DNA of 64,000 bases from Candidatus Woesearchaeota archaeon (lineage in GTDB: Archaea; Nanobdellota; Nanobdellia; Pacearchaeales; GW2011-AR1), in NCBI GenBank assembly GCA_964362915.1, contig CAYIGH010000001.1:24056-88055 (forward strand). Direction: 5' to 3'. Under the pieces are notes generated by a model that searched no databases, was not told the origin of the DNA, and worked only from the letters and a program-made list of their open reading frames with translations. Below are positions 26,987-37,148 of this stretch, one piece after another. Numbering within the stretch: position 1 is the first letter of the stretch; the number at the start of each line of letters is the position of its first letter. A program made the position numbers and the translations under genes.

Positions 26987-27914
26987 TTTTCCTCCTTATT
27001 ATTTCAGCATCAAAAAACAATTCTCTTAAATCTAACGAGCTATTAAAAGCAAATAGTTTATTTGTATATGATGATAAATCTACTTCTAAATTAGAAGCAC
27101 AACCTTTGGAATTTAATAATAAACTCTTCGAATAATAGAGTAAGCTTAATTCTGATGTTCTTTTCATTAATCTTTTTAGATGGCACTCATAAACTTCTGG
27201 AGAGGAAAAGATTGCAGCATATAAAAGAGCAGATGTTTCGAAGTAAACTCTATCTGCGAACTTCTTTTTTAGACTTCCTTTTATATTTCCGCTAGAATCA
27301 AGAGAAATATCAATATCGCAGCCAGAAGTTGTAAAACAAACCTTTTTTGCTTCTTTTTTGCATTCAGAAGCTGAAGAAGTTATATTTATGCTTATTCCTA
27401 AGTCTAATATTTCATCTTCTATCTCTCTTGGGGGATTAACAAAGCAGAAATTTTCATCAGATGGCCATAAATATATTAAATCAGCTATTTTAAATGGCAT
27501 ATTGAATGGTTTAGCAAAAACAAAATATTCCTTTCCTTCTATTACATCTTGGGAGAAGATATATTTATTATTAAATGTAGAAGGAAAACCTGGCTTGCCC
27601 CATTCATCATTTAATAGTTTGGTAGCGAGACTTATTTTTTGCGTTCCGAAAGTTCCCTGAGAGGATTTACATTCATTATAGATGCGCGTTTCTTCTGGAA
27701 TTGAAATTTTTGTTATCTTGCCTGTTTCTAAATTCGTTTCTATTGGTGTTAATATTATGCCCAGTTGTTTTCCAAGTACTGTATCTTGCTTTGTTTTTTC
27801 TGTCTTTATAAATTCTGTTGAGGCATATACTGCTAAAAATATAATTACTGCTCCTACTATTATTGCAAAAATCCAAGAAAAACTAAACTCAAGGGCTTTT
27901 TTGTTGAATATCAT
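26958..27914 (-). CDS. class III signal peptide (pilin-like) protein 2
   Basis: N-terminus MIFNKKALEFSFSWIFAIIVGAVIIFLAV. Two-nt gap from the upstream gene. Confidence 0.55.
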   Translation of the reverse strand: MIFNKKALEFSFSWIFAIIVGAVIIFLAVYASTEFIKTEKTKQDTVLGKQLGIILTPIETNLETGKITKISIPEETRIYNECKSSQGTFGTQKISLATKLLNDEWGKPGFPSTFNNKYIFSQDVIEGKEYFVFAKPFNMPFKIADLIYLWPSDENFCFVNPPREIEDEILDLGISINITSSASECKKEAKKVCFTTSGCDIDISLDSSGNIKGSLKKKFADRVYFETSALLYAAIFSSPEVYECHLKRLMKRTSELSLLYYSKSLLLNSKGCASNLEVDLSSYTNKLFAFNSSLDLRELFFDAEIIRRKNEALSCKLF

Positions 27915-27915
27915 T

Positions 27916-28404
27916 TTATCTGCTTAGAGTAACAAGTGCCTCAAATTGATCTCTTTTTGTCTTTAGTTCTATTCTATTCTCTCTAACTGGAATGCAAAAA
28001 AATTCATTAGTCTTTACATGCTCTAATTTTATTGAGGATAGCGAGGAATCGCAGGCCTTTTGAGGCGGATAGAGAAAAACATTTCCATTGCTATTTATAA
28101 ATGCTTTTTTTATATTATTATATTCTTGAGGGGCCTGAGCTATATTGCCGAAACATACTAACTCAATTCCTGAAGGGATTGTTGCAGGATATTTTTCATT
28201 GGGAAAGATGTCCTGATGAATTGTTGACTGCCATGCTTCTTCTATGTATTCTTCTAAATCATTATAGAAAAGGCTGATTTCTGTGCATTTACTAAGTGAA
28301 ATAAAGCTTCTAATTACATAGAAAGCAATTCCGACTATAGCAATTATAACGATTATTGAAAAAATCATACTAAAAGATATGCTAAACTGGCCTCTTTTTT
28401 GCAT
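27916..28404 (-). CDS. class III signal peptide (archaeal type IV pilin-like) protein 1
   Basis: N-terminus MQKRGQFSISFSMIFSIIVIIAIVGIAF, a KRG|Q prepilin-peptidase-type site followed by a hydrophobic helix. Confidence 0.6.
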   Translation of the reverse strand: MQKRGQFSISFSMIFSIIVIIAIVGIAFYVIRSFISLSKCTEISLFYNDLEEYIEEAWQSTIHQDIFPNEKYPATIPSGIELVCFGNIAQAPQEYNNIKKAFINSNGNVFLYPPQKACDSSLSSIKLEHVKTNEFFCIPVRENRIELKTKRDQFEALVTLSR

Positions 28405-28617
28405 GTTGGAAGAAGGCTGATAGGATAATTAAAGGTTTCGTGGGAAACATCAATCCTGGAATTAAGACAGCAATATGAACTGAATATCTAAGGATCTTCT
28501 TAGTTTAGGTTATGGGTGGAAAATTGAGCTATTTTAATAGACTATTTTGATACAACTAATTTAGAGGATTATGTAAGGAGAGAATTTACTAGTTAGATTA
28601 CTGAATTAGTTGTTAAT

Positions 28618-28893
28618 TTACATTGAAAGGCCTTTCAATGTTCCTGAAACTTTTAGGATTTTTATATTTGAATTTGATAGTTCTATTGCTGCTTTAATAT
28701 TATCTAATTCTTTTCTATTTATTGAGAGTATTACTTTATTAGATTTGTTTTTAATAAACATTGGTGATGCCTTGGCCCAACCCAATATGCCAATATAATC
28801 AAGAATTATTTTTTCTATTTTATCTTTAGAGTCTGCTTTAATTAATAGATAGCGTTTTTTTATTCTTGCGGAAGGTTTTAATTTCAGTTTCAT
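28618..28893 (-). CDS. rnp2: RNase P protein component 2 (Pop5/Rpp14 homolog)
   Basis: ARIKKRYLLIKADS...LGWAKASPMFIKNK...ILKVSGTLKGL closely parallels archaeal Pop5 (KKRYIAFKV...LGTAKAKPWFIKF...IKVLGVSGTIKRL). Confidence 0.75.
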   Translation of the reverse strand: MKLKLKPSARIKKRYLLIKADSKDKIEKIILDYIGILGWAKASPMFIKNKSNKVILSINRKELDNIKAAIELSNSNIKILKVSGTLKGLSM

Positions 28894-28894
28894 C

Positions 28895-29749
28895 TTATTC
28901 TATTATTTTTTTGCCTGCGATTGCATTAATTGACTCTCTTATAGAATTGCTTTCTAATGCAAATCCAAGACTTTCTGCATCACCAATTTTAAAGTTGTTG
29001 ATTCCTACTACCTCTCCTTGGGTATCTATTAGTGGGCCTCCTGAATTTCCTGGATTTAGGGAAACATCAGTTTGCACATATTCTTCCAATCCGTTTGGGC
29101 CTTCTCTATCAAGGCCCGAAATTATTCCTTCTGTAACTGTAAAAGATAATCCTAATGGATTGCCTATGGCAATTACCTTTCTTCCGACTTGGAGCGTATC
29201 TGAATCAGCTAGTTTCAGATAATCATATTGGTCTTCTATCTTTAATAAAGCTAAATCTCTCAACTTATCCACGCCTATTATTATTGCTTGAATTGGCTGT
29301 TTGTCATATGTTAGAATACGCACATTCTCTCTCCCTTGCACTACATGGTAATTTGTTACTATATAGCCATCTTGATTAACAAAGAATCCTGAACCAACTG
29401 AATTCTCTGTCATAACTGCCACAACGTTTTTAACAGATTTTTCAATAACTGCTGAAAAATCTTCTTTTGTTATTCTGAGAAGACTTATCTCTTCTTGAAA
29501 ACTTTTTTGCTGTGCTGCCTGTTTTGTAATTGCTAGAGAAAGGTCATTAAAATTTTGCTGATTTATTTCATTGTAATCATCTATCAGACCTGTAAAATGT
29601 TCTGAAAGGCCTTCTTTTACATTATTTACCTCTACGTCTATTTTTGAGTTTAATCTAGAAAATTGAATTGAAATAAAGACAAATGAAATTAGCTGAAAAA
29701 TTAGAAGGAATAAAACTAACACATATAATATATTTGCATGCCTCTCCAT
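28895..29749 (-). CDS. trypsin-like serine protease (HtrA/DegP family, membrane-anchored, no obvious PDZ)
   Basis: GSGFFVNQDGYIVTNYHVV (His), D, and GNSGGPLID (Ser) catalytic triad motifs. N-terminal TM helix. Confidence 0.75.
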   Translation of the reverse strand: MERHANILYVLVLFLLIFQLISFVFISIQFSRLNSKIDVEVNNVKEGLSEHFTGLIDDYNEINQQNFNDLSLAITKQAAQQKSFQEEISLLRITKEDFSAVIEKSVKNVVAVMTENSVGSGFFVNQDGYIVTNYHVVQGRENVRILTYDKQPIQAIIIGVDKLRDLALLKIEDQYDYLKLADSDTLQVGRKVIAIGNPLGLSFTVTEGIISGLDREGPNGLEEYVQTDVSLNPGNSGGPLIDTQGEVVGINNFKIGDAESLGFALESNSIRESINAIAGKKIIE

Positions 29750-29900
29750 TTTAGTATATCAAAAGAGGAATATTTATAGTTTTTGAATTTGTGAGCTTTA
29801 GCTACTTTGATGAATGACGAAAAAGAGATTGGTTTAAATATATTGAGTAAGTTATAAATCTTAAACTTCCAATAGATTAAATTCGATTAAATTCCAGATC

Positions 29901-30167
29901 CTAACTTGTTCTACCTATAAAATCCTCGATTTCTTTTTTCTTTTTGACGTTTAAAGAAACTTCTAAACCATAATGAGTAGGTTTTGATATTAAGAATCCT
30001 TCTTTAAGTAAATCATTTATTACTTTCTTAACTTCTTTTTTAGTTCTTAAATGATCTGGGAGGCCTTTTCTTAGATTATGTATGCTTGTATGCTTATGCA
30101 TCCAAATTCTATGTCTTACTAATTTTCTTAAGATGAACCTTTTTATATCATCCTCTATATTATTCAT
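29901..30167 (-). CDS. small basic putative DNA-binding (wHTH-like) protein
   Basis: 88 aa, Lys/Arg-rich. Confidence 0.3.
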   Translation of the reverse strand: MNNIEDDIKRFILRKLVRHRIWMHKHTSIHNLRKGLPDHLRTKKEVKKVINDLLKEGFLISKPTHYGLEVSLNVKKKKEIEDFIGRTS

Positions 30168-30292
30168 GCAATATTAGAATGGAAGTAATATATATCTTTT
30201 TCTCTTTAGAACTCCATTTTGATAATTATTGAAGCATAAACCTAGCTTTATAAAATAGAAATGTTTATAAATTCGATTTAGCTAAATAGTAT

Positions 30293-30649
30293 ATGGAAGG
30301 AAATGAGGAGCAAGAGTTTGAAGAAGAAACAAGAAGCATTTTTGTAGAATATTTTGGCAGTTCTCCTTATATAAAAATACTAGATTTTTTAATTCAAGGA
30401 CAAGATTTTGATTATAGTATGACAGAAGTGGCCAGAGGAGCTAAAGTTGGATGGAGTTCATTTACTAAAATTTGGGATAAACTATTAGATAAAAAGATAA
30501 TAGGACCAACAAGAAATATAGGAAACGCCAAACTATTCAAATTAAACAAGGAAAATGAGTTTGTAAAAAAATTGATTAGATTTGACTGGGAATTAACAAA
30601 GGCAGAAACTGATAAATTAGAAAAAGAAGAAATTAAAGTCGAACATTGA
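30293..30649 (+). CDS. putative winged-HTH transcriptional regulator
   Basis: 118 aa. Acidic N-terminus, central HTH-like MTEVARGAKVGWSSFTKIWDKL. Confidence 0.35.
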   Translation: MEGNEEQEFEEETRSIFVEYFGSSPYIKILDFLIQGQDFDYSMTEVARGAKVGWSSFTKIWDKLLDKKIIGPTRNIGNAKLFKLNKENEFVKKLIRFDWELTKAETDKLEKEEIKVEH

Positions 30650-30826
30650 TTTTCAGTGGTTACTACTTTGCTAAATAACAAAATTGGGAAAATTTAAACT
30701 ATAAAAATTTTTAACAAGGTCTTTCTATAATGTCTCGCAATAATTTCTTAGTATCACTGGAACAGCATTAATTCCTAAAAGAATAATCTCAAAAACCTAT
30801 TTAAACCTTTATTTCTTTTATAGAAT

Positions 30827-32161
30827 ATGAAGATTCATACAATAGGGGGATATAGTGAGGTGGGGAAAAATATGACTGCTTTAGAGATTAATGATGATGT
30901 TATTGTTTTTGATTCTGGTCTTTTTTTGCCTGCTATTGTTGGAGTTGCTGAAAGAGAAAGAATTCCTACAGAAAAAGGAATGAGAAATTTAGGTGCTTTA
31001 CCTGATGACCTATATTTGGAAAGAAAAGGACTTAGAGATAAAGTAAGGGCTTTATTGATTTCTCATGCACATTTAGATCATGTTGGAGCATTGCAATATA
31101 ATGCCTATAGGTATAAGGCTGAGATAATCGGAACGCCGTTTACAATGGAGGTTTTGAAGATTTTAGCGATAGATTCTGAGATGCAGCTAAGAAATAAAAT
31201 AGTAAGAGTAGAACCTAATTCTCATTATGTTATTAAAGGAAGAAATAGAAATTATAAGGCTGAATTTATCAATATGACTCATTCTACAATACAAAGTGCA
31301 ATTATTGCAGTTCATACTCCTGAGGGAATAGTTTTATATGCTAATGATTATAAATTAGATAATTCTCCGGTTTTGGGAGATAAACCGAATTATAAGCGCT
31401 TAAAAGAATTGTCGAGAATTGGAATTAAAGTATTAATTGTTGATTGTTTATATGCGCAGGACGATAGAAAGACACCAAGTGAAAAGATAGCCAGAGGATT
31501 ATTAGAAGATGTTCTCTTTGGAACAGACAATAGAAAAGCCGGTATAATAGTGACCACTTTTTCATCACATATAGCAAGATTAAAGTCAATAACTGAATTT
31601 GGCAGGAGACTTGGAAGGGAGGTTATTTTTTTAGGGAGGAGCCTTAATAAATATGTAACTGCTGCAAATAATATAGGAAAATTGCCATTTATGAAAGATA
31701 TTAAATTATTTACTTATAGAAAACAGCTAGATAAGGTTTTGAAAAGAATAAATAACAATAAGAGAAAATATCTTGTTGTGTGCACTGGGCATCAAGGAGA
31801 GCCCGGCTCTATTCTTGATAGAATTTCTCAAGGGCAATTAAATTTAAAACTTTCAGAAGAGGATCATGTAATATTCTCTTCTAAGACAATTCCTACTCCT
31901 ATAAATGAGCTGAACAAAGAACAACTGGAGAAAAAACTAAGAAAATATAAAGTAAGGATATTTGATAATGTGCATTGTAGCGGGCATGGAGGGCGCGAGG
32001 ATTTGCGGGATTTAATTAGATTAACAAATCCAAAACATATTATACCCTCACATGGGGATTTAAAAAAAACCACTGCAGGAGCAAGATTAGCAGAAGAAAT
32101 GGGATATAAATTAAATCAAACTGTTCATTTGGCACAAAATGGACAGGTCATAGAATTGTAA
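30827..32161 (+). CDS. rnj: beta-CASP metallo-beta-lactamase ribonuclease (archaeal RNase J)
   Basis: HAHLDHVGAL (HxHxDH) motif, ~444-aa length and beta-CASP C-terminal motifs (GHQGEPG..., SGHGG). Confidence 0.75.
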   Translation: MKIHTIGGYSEVGKNMTALEINDDVIVFDSGLFLPAIVGVAERERIPTEKGMRNLGALPDDLYLERKGLRDKVRALLISHAHLDHVGALQYNAYRYKAEIIGTPFTMEVLKILAIDSEMQLRNKIVRVEPNSHYVIKGRNRNYKAEFINMTHSTIQSAIIAVHTPEGIVLYANDYKLDNSPVLGDKPNYKRLKELSRIGIKVLIVDCLYAQDDRKTPSEKIARGLLEDVLFGTDNRKAGIIVTTFSSHIARLKSITEFGRRLGREVIFLGRSLNKYVTAANNIGKLPFMKDIKLFTYRKQLDKVLKRINNNKRKYLVVCTGHQGEPGSILDRISQGQLNLKLSEEDHVIFSSKTIPTPINELNKEQLEKKLRKYKVRIFDNVHCSGHGGREDLRDLIRLTNPKHIIPSHGDLKKTTAGARLAEEMGYKLNQTVHLAQNGQVIEL

Positions 32162-32172
32162 TAAGAATTTAG

Positions 32173-33048
32173 TTATTTTTTGCCTAAGAAAAGTGAATTG
32201 AGCGTATAAATTGGATCAGAAAGATCAATCCTTTCATCAATATTAGCATCGGCTGCTTCGATGCACATAGGTCTAGGGCCACCCAAAAAAAGCCAATTTA
32301 AAGTAAAAGAAACATCTGAGATATTAATTTTTTCATCTGAATTTGAATCTCCTCTTATAAAATTTTCACATTCCCCAGCTCTATCATAAGATACAAGGAA
32401 ATTATTAAAATAAGTAATAGAAGAAAAATTTTCGATTGTGCTATCATACACGCCAAGTCCAATTCTTCCTTCAATAACTGATGGTAAATAAATATTTAAT
32501 AATCTTGTTTTTTCGCTATCTAATTCCCTCTCGTTAATAGAAAAATGCCAGCCTTGATTATCATAACATATTCCTAGTGTATTAATGCCATTTAAAATAA
32601 TATTATTAGTTAAATCATTTGCATAAGTAAAACTATCTCTGGAAGATTGTCTATTTAACCAATATTGTTGATTAGTTTCTGAATACCCGTTTACACCAAA
32701 TTCAAAGTACGCCTCTCCAATATCTCCAAAAATTAAACTAATTCTATCGCCTTGTATCCAATTAGATCTTCTAAAATCCACGCTGATACAGAGGTTCTCC
32801 ATATTACTATAATTTCTATCTGTAAAGAGGAATCGTAAATAACCAGATTTTTCTTCAAAGTCTCTAGCTTCTAAATTGTCCGATGTAGTAACCCAATTCT
32901 CACTGGGCATTGCAATATACTCTCTATTAATTTTACCTTCAAAACTTTCTTTCCATGTTGCCCTTTCTTGTGCTTCAGATGTAGGATACACAAAATTTGA
33001 TAATCCAAATCCGGCTATCGCTACTAAATTTCTTAATGATTTTCTCAT
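32173..33048 (-). CDS. secreted protein with C-terminal type-I dockerin-like double Ca-binding repeat
   Basis: Signal peptide. C-terminus DSNSDEKINISDVSFTLNWLFLG and DANIDERIDLSDPIYTLNSLFLG fit the dockerin D-x-N-x-D-x-x-I-N/D-x-x-D EF-hand-like pattern twice. Confidence 0.6.
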   Translation of the reverse strand: MRKSLRNLVAIAGFGLSNFVYPTSEAQERATWKESFEGKINREYIAMPSENWVTTSDNLEARDFEEKSGYLRFLFTDRNYSNMENLCISVDFRRSNWIQGDRISLIFGDIGEAYFEFGVNGYSETNQQYWLNRQSSRDSFTYANDLTNNIILNGINTLGICYDNQGWHFSINERELDSEKTRLLNIYLPSVIEGRIGLGVYDSTIENFSSITYFNNFLVSYDRAGECENFIRGDSNSDEKINISDVSFTLNWLFLGGPRPMCIEAADANIDERIDLSDPIYTLNSLFLGKK

Positions 33049-33176
33049 AAAGATTTATATCTTATTAGATATATAAATTTTTATATTATGCAGTGTAAAT
33101 CTTCAAAAAGGTATATATACTACTTTTTCTTCAAGAAATATACAAGATGTTATAATAAGATGGGTGAAATTTTAAA

Positions 33177-35474
33177 ATGGATAAAATAGCAAATATAACT
33201 CTATTCTCTTTTATAGGATTAATATCTTTTATAATCATATTTTCTATCTTCTTTGCCACTTCTCAACAAACAACCATCGAAGAAGAGATTTTTGTTCCTT
33301 CTGTACAAAATAACCAAGAGATTATCTATTATGATTATAAATTTTCAAATACGTCTGGAGTTATTATATTAACGAAAAGAGAAGCATCTTGTTTTTGGAA
33401 ACCTGACGATATTGACGATGGTTGGAAAAATTGCGAATCCATCTTTGAAATAGAGAATCAAAAGGGGGATAAGCCTATTATAAGTTTTCCCTTCATTAAT
33501 TTTAGTTTTGCTAAAAATAATGTTAGAAACCATAGTATATATTTCTCAAACACATATACAATAATAAATGAAACATATAATAATTTTTCAAAAACTTATT
33601 TTGGAGATGTTATTGAGGAGGTTATACAACTTAAAAAGAGACAATTTGTGAATTTTACTTCTCTACCGAACTATCTCGATACTTCAAAACCTTTTGCTAT
33701 CAAATTAACATTTGAGGTTCCAAAATATGAAGAAAATATATTTAATTTTACTATTTCAGGAGAAGAATTTATTGGTTTTATAGACCCGGATATTAATAGC
33801 TGTAGTTTCTTAGGGGTCCCCAATACAGTTTATACATTAGTCATTAATGTTAGTTCGTTAGGCACATGTTTTACGATACTGGCAAATAATATTACATTAA
33901 ATGGTAACGGTTATCATATTAATTATAGTGTAGCGGGAACTAGTAATAGATATGGGATTTATATAAAAGGCGCAAATCAAACTACTATAAAGAATTTTAG
34001 AAAAATATTTGAGGAGAATAGTAATGGAATTCATAAGTATGGAATATATTTTGATAAAGCGCATGAAGGGATCGTAAATAATGTTACTATAGAAACAATT
34101 GGAATTTCAAGTGATGGTATAAGAATAAATAATGGTAATGATACAAAAATAAACAATACTAAAGTAATTACTCTTGGAGATAGTGCGGTGGGCATTTATT
34201 TATACGGCTCGAGCTCATCAATTATAAATAATAATAATATCACCACCAATAAGACTTCTGCGAGAGGAATTGAACTTGGTGCAAGATCAAACTTTAATAA
34301 ATTAAGCAATAATATAATTACTACAGAGGGCAATGAATCAACGGGTATTTTATTAGATTCTTCTTCAATAAATATTATCAATAATAACATTATTAGAACA
34401 TTCAATAATAATGCGGAGGGCATCAACTTTGCTGATGCACAAAATAATACAATAAATTATAGTATTGTTACAACTCTTAGTAATAATGCAAGTGGAATTT
34501 TTATAGGCGGTTCGTCAGATGGTAATCTAATTTATAACTCTTTCTTCAATTCATCTTTAGCAAATGATATTTTATTCTTTTGGACCTCTGCTGGAACTCT
34601 TAACCTTACTAATGTAACACTTGCTAATAACAATGTAAACTTTAACCCATTATCAACATCACGACTTAATGTTCACTGGTACTTTGATGCACAAGTTAAT
34701 GATAGCTCGAAAAATCCTCTTGAAAATGTGAATGTTTCTGCATGGGATATTAATAATGTACTAAGATTTAGTGATTTAACAAATAATATCGGTAGGATAA
34801 AACAGCAAGCCCTCCTAGAGTATGTACAGAACAATACTCAAAAAATATATCATACCAATTATACGATAAATGCAACAAAAGATGGTTTCACAGAATCAAA
34901 AAGCGTTAATCTAACTGCAAATACATTTATGACATTTATTCTTCCAACTACCATCATTCTTACATCGGATAATATTGTAGAAGACGGTGATATTAACTAT
35001 GAAATTAGCTCCGGATTATACAAAAGAGATAAAACTTCTATTACTATAGAAATAGGAAATGCATACTATTATATCTCTAGAAGCTATATTGAATTTAATA
35101 CGTCTTCAATTCCAGATAGTGCTATAATCAAAAATGTATCTTTAAATATATCTTTTGATACATTAGGTACTAGGAATTGTACTATTAATGAAGTAAGTGA
35201 ACAACCTTCCATTATATCAAATCAGACTCTTTATATAGATATTGGTAATGGTACTACATATATAAATAATGATGACTTTTGTAGGACAGGTTCGTCAACT
35301 AAATCAAAAGTTGATCTTGGAGCTAGTGCCAATATTGATCTTGAAAATTTACTTTCATCAAATTGGTTTGGTATAGGTATTAAATGGGATAATGAAATAA
35401 CTGCGGCTACTACTGCTTTAACTAATGCTTCTGAAAGCTCCTCATCACCACTCCTTACTGTAAGTTATATTTAA
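33177..35474 (+). CDS. membrane-anchored surface protein with right-handed parallel beta-helix (PbH1) repeats
   Basis: N-terminal TM. Asn-rich repeated ~22-aa units (NNVTIETIGISSDGIRINNGNDTKINNTKVI...GIELGARSNFNKLSNNIITTEG...). Confidence 0.6.
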   Translation: MDKIANITLFSFIGLISFIIIFSIFFATSQQTTIEEEIFVPSVQNNQEIIYYDYKFSNTSGVIILTKREASCFWKPDDIDDGWKNCESIFEIENQKGDKPIISFPFINFSFAKNNVRNHSIYFSNTYTIINETYNNFSKTYFGDVIEEVIQLKKRQFVNFTSLPNYLDTSKPFAIKLTFEVPKYEENIFNFTISGEEFIGFIDPDINSCSFLGVPNTVYTLVINVSSLGTCFTILANNITLNGNGYHINYSVAGTSNRYGIYIKGANQTTIKNFRKIFEENSNGIHKYGIYFDKAHEGIVNNVTIETIGISSDGIRINNGNDTKINNTKVITLGDSAVGIYLYGSSSSIINNNNITTNKTSARGIELGARSNFNKLSNNIITTEGNESTGILLDSSSINIINNNIIRTFNNNAEGINFADAQNNTINYSIVTTLSNNASGIFIGGSSDGNLIYNSFFNSSLANDILFFWTSAGTLNLTNVTLANNNVNFNPLSTSRLNVHWYFDAQVNDSSKNPLENVNVSAWDINNVLRFSDLTNNIGRIKQQALLEYVQNNTQKIYHTNYTINATKDGFTESKSVNLTANTFMTFILPTTIILTSDNIVEDGDINYEISSGLYKRDKTSITIEIGNAYYYISRSYIEFNTSSIPDSAIIKNVSLNISFDTLGTRNCTINEVSEQPSIISNQTLYIDIGNGTTYINNDDFCRTGSSTKSKVDLGASANIDLENLLSSNWFGIGIKWDNEITAATTALTNASESSSSPLLTVSYI

Positions 35475-35504
35475 ATTTATAATAATCCAAAATAAACTAA
35501 GTAA

Positions 35505-35885
35505 ATGATAGAAGAAATTTCTGGGGGATTGAGAAACGCTTTAGAGAGAGGAGCCAGTCTCGAAGAGGCTGTACAAAGTTTCATAAAAGCAGGATATAAT
35601 CCTATAGAAGTAAGACAAGCAGCACAGAGCCTTTCATATCTTCCACAAACAATGAGGCCTGTTGCTGAACAAGTTCAGGAAGGTTATAAAATGTCTGCAT
35701 TGCCAAGTTTACCAAATCAGCAGCCCCAGAAAACAAATTATTCCTTAACTTCATCAAGGAGCAAGCCAAGAGCTAAAAAGAATATACTGGTGATTATTCT
35801 TATTCTTCTTTTACTTATCTTGGTTGGTGGTTTGGTTTATTTTATCTTTTTTGGGAAGGAACTTTTAGACTCTTTCTTGGGATAA
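35505..35885 (+). CDS. hypothetical protein with C-terminal TM helix
   Basis: 126 aa with hydrophobic C-terminus ILVIILILLLLILVGGLVYFIFF. Confidence 0.4.
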   Translation: MIEEISGGLRNALERGASLEEAVQSFIKAGYNPIEVRQAAQSLSYLPQTMRPVAEQVQEGYKMSALPSLPNQQPQKTNYSLTSSRSKPRAKKNILVIILILLLLILVGGLVYFIFFGKELLDSFLG

Positions 35886-35889
35886 CAAA

Positions 35890-36615
35890 ATGAGAAATGG
35901 TGCTTTTATTAAAATATTTAAAAAATCTTTTTACGATTATTGCAAAAATCCTATAATAATTGCGCCTGGTTTTAGTTTGCTAATATTTTTTATTGTTTTT
36001 TCAAAACTGTCTGTTAAAATTAACTATGGCCTTCAAAATACGCCTGCGTTGACCTTGTGGCTTATATTTTTTAGTATTATTTCGCTTTTAGTTATTTCTT
36101 TAATTTTATCTGGATTAATAGGAATGACTTCAGATATAATGAAAAAAAAGGATGGAATCAAATCATTTCTTTATAATTGTAGAAAGTTTTGGTTTGGCAA
36201 TTTTATTATTATTTTAATAATCATATTAGCATTTAATATTATAAGATATGTTGCTCATAATTTAGCGTTTTTTTTAGGCAGGTCTTTAAATCTTGAAGTA
36301 GATATTGCGGCAGCTTTATTCTTTTTATTATATTTTGGAGGAATTTTATCAAGCTTGATTTTTTTAACATTTGCTAATATTTCTTTAATCGTCTATAAGA
36401 AAAGTATTTTAGAAAGCATGAGAAAATCTTTTTATATTGTAAAGAAAAATTATATAGAAACCTTATTAATCTTAATTTTATTTTTTGTTGTGAATGAGAT
36501 TTTAATAAGATTTATCCCTAGTTATGGGATTGAATTAATAAATGCTATTTTTATTGTGCCTTACTATGCTTTGATATTAACTAGGTTTGTTATCGAATCT
36601 GAAGGAATAAAATGA
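35890..36615 (+). CDS. hypothetical polytopic membrane protein
   Basis: 241 aa, ~6 TM segments. Confidence 0.45.
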   Translation: MRNGAFIKIFKKSFYDYCKNPIIIAPGFSLLIFFIVFSKLSVKINYGLQNTPALTLWLIFFSIISLLVISLILSGLIGMTSDIMKKKDGIKSFLYNCRKFWFGNFIIILIIILAFNIIRYVAHNLAFFLGRSLNLEVDIAAALFFLLYFGGILSSLIFLTFANISLIVYKKSILESMRKSFYIVKKNYIETLLILILFFVVNEILIRFIPSYGIELINAIFIVPYYALILTRFVIESEGIK

Positions 36616-37148
36616 TTTATGAATCCGCTGAAGATTCTTATCTTTTGAGAGAAGAAGTTCTAAACTATTCTAAGGGAAAAAGAGTTTTAGATGTGGGAAG
36701 TGGTTCTGGGATTCAGGCTCAAGCAGCCTCAGATGCAGGGGCTAAATCTGTTTTGGCTGTTGATATTGACGAAGAAGCTGTTAATGAATTAAAAAAGAAA
36801 GGAATTAAAGTGAGAAAGTCTGATTTATTTTCAAATGTGAAAGGTAAATTTGATTTGGTTGTTTTTAATCCTCCTTATTTGCCTATGGATAAAAGAGAGG
36901 ATAAAGCAAGTGCATTGAATACTTCTGGCGGAAAGAAAGGAGATGAAATTATAATTAGATTTTTGAGAAATGTTAAAAAATATTTAAATAAAGATGGAAT
37001 TGTGCTGATTGTTATTTCTTCTTTGACTCCTAGAAAGAAGATATTGGGGGTTTTGAAAAGAGAAGGATTGAAAAAACAAATTGTTTCAGAAAAGAAACTT
37101 TTTATGGAGAGTTTGGAAGTTTGGGAGATAAGTCGTTTAGAGTTTTAA
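36612..37148 (+). CDS. HemK/PrmC-like N5-glutamine methyltransferase (Mtq2-type)
   Basis: VLDVGSGSGIQAQAAS (motif I) and VVFNPPYLP (NPPY) motifs. Confidence 0.7.
   Translation: MIYESAEDSYLLREEVLNYSKGKRVLDVGSGSGIQAQAASDAGAKSVLAVDIDEEAVNELKKKGIKVRKSDLFSNVKGKFDLVVFNPPYLPMDKREDKASALNTSGGKKGDEIIIRFLRNVKKYLNKDGIVLIVISSLTPRKKILGVLKREGLKKQIVSEKKLFMESLEVWEISRLEF

Noticed and set aside
27358-27927. Short ORFs inside and antisense to pilin-like gene 2
   Set aside because: They overlap a longer ORF that has a clear class III signal peptide.
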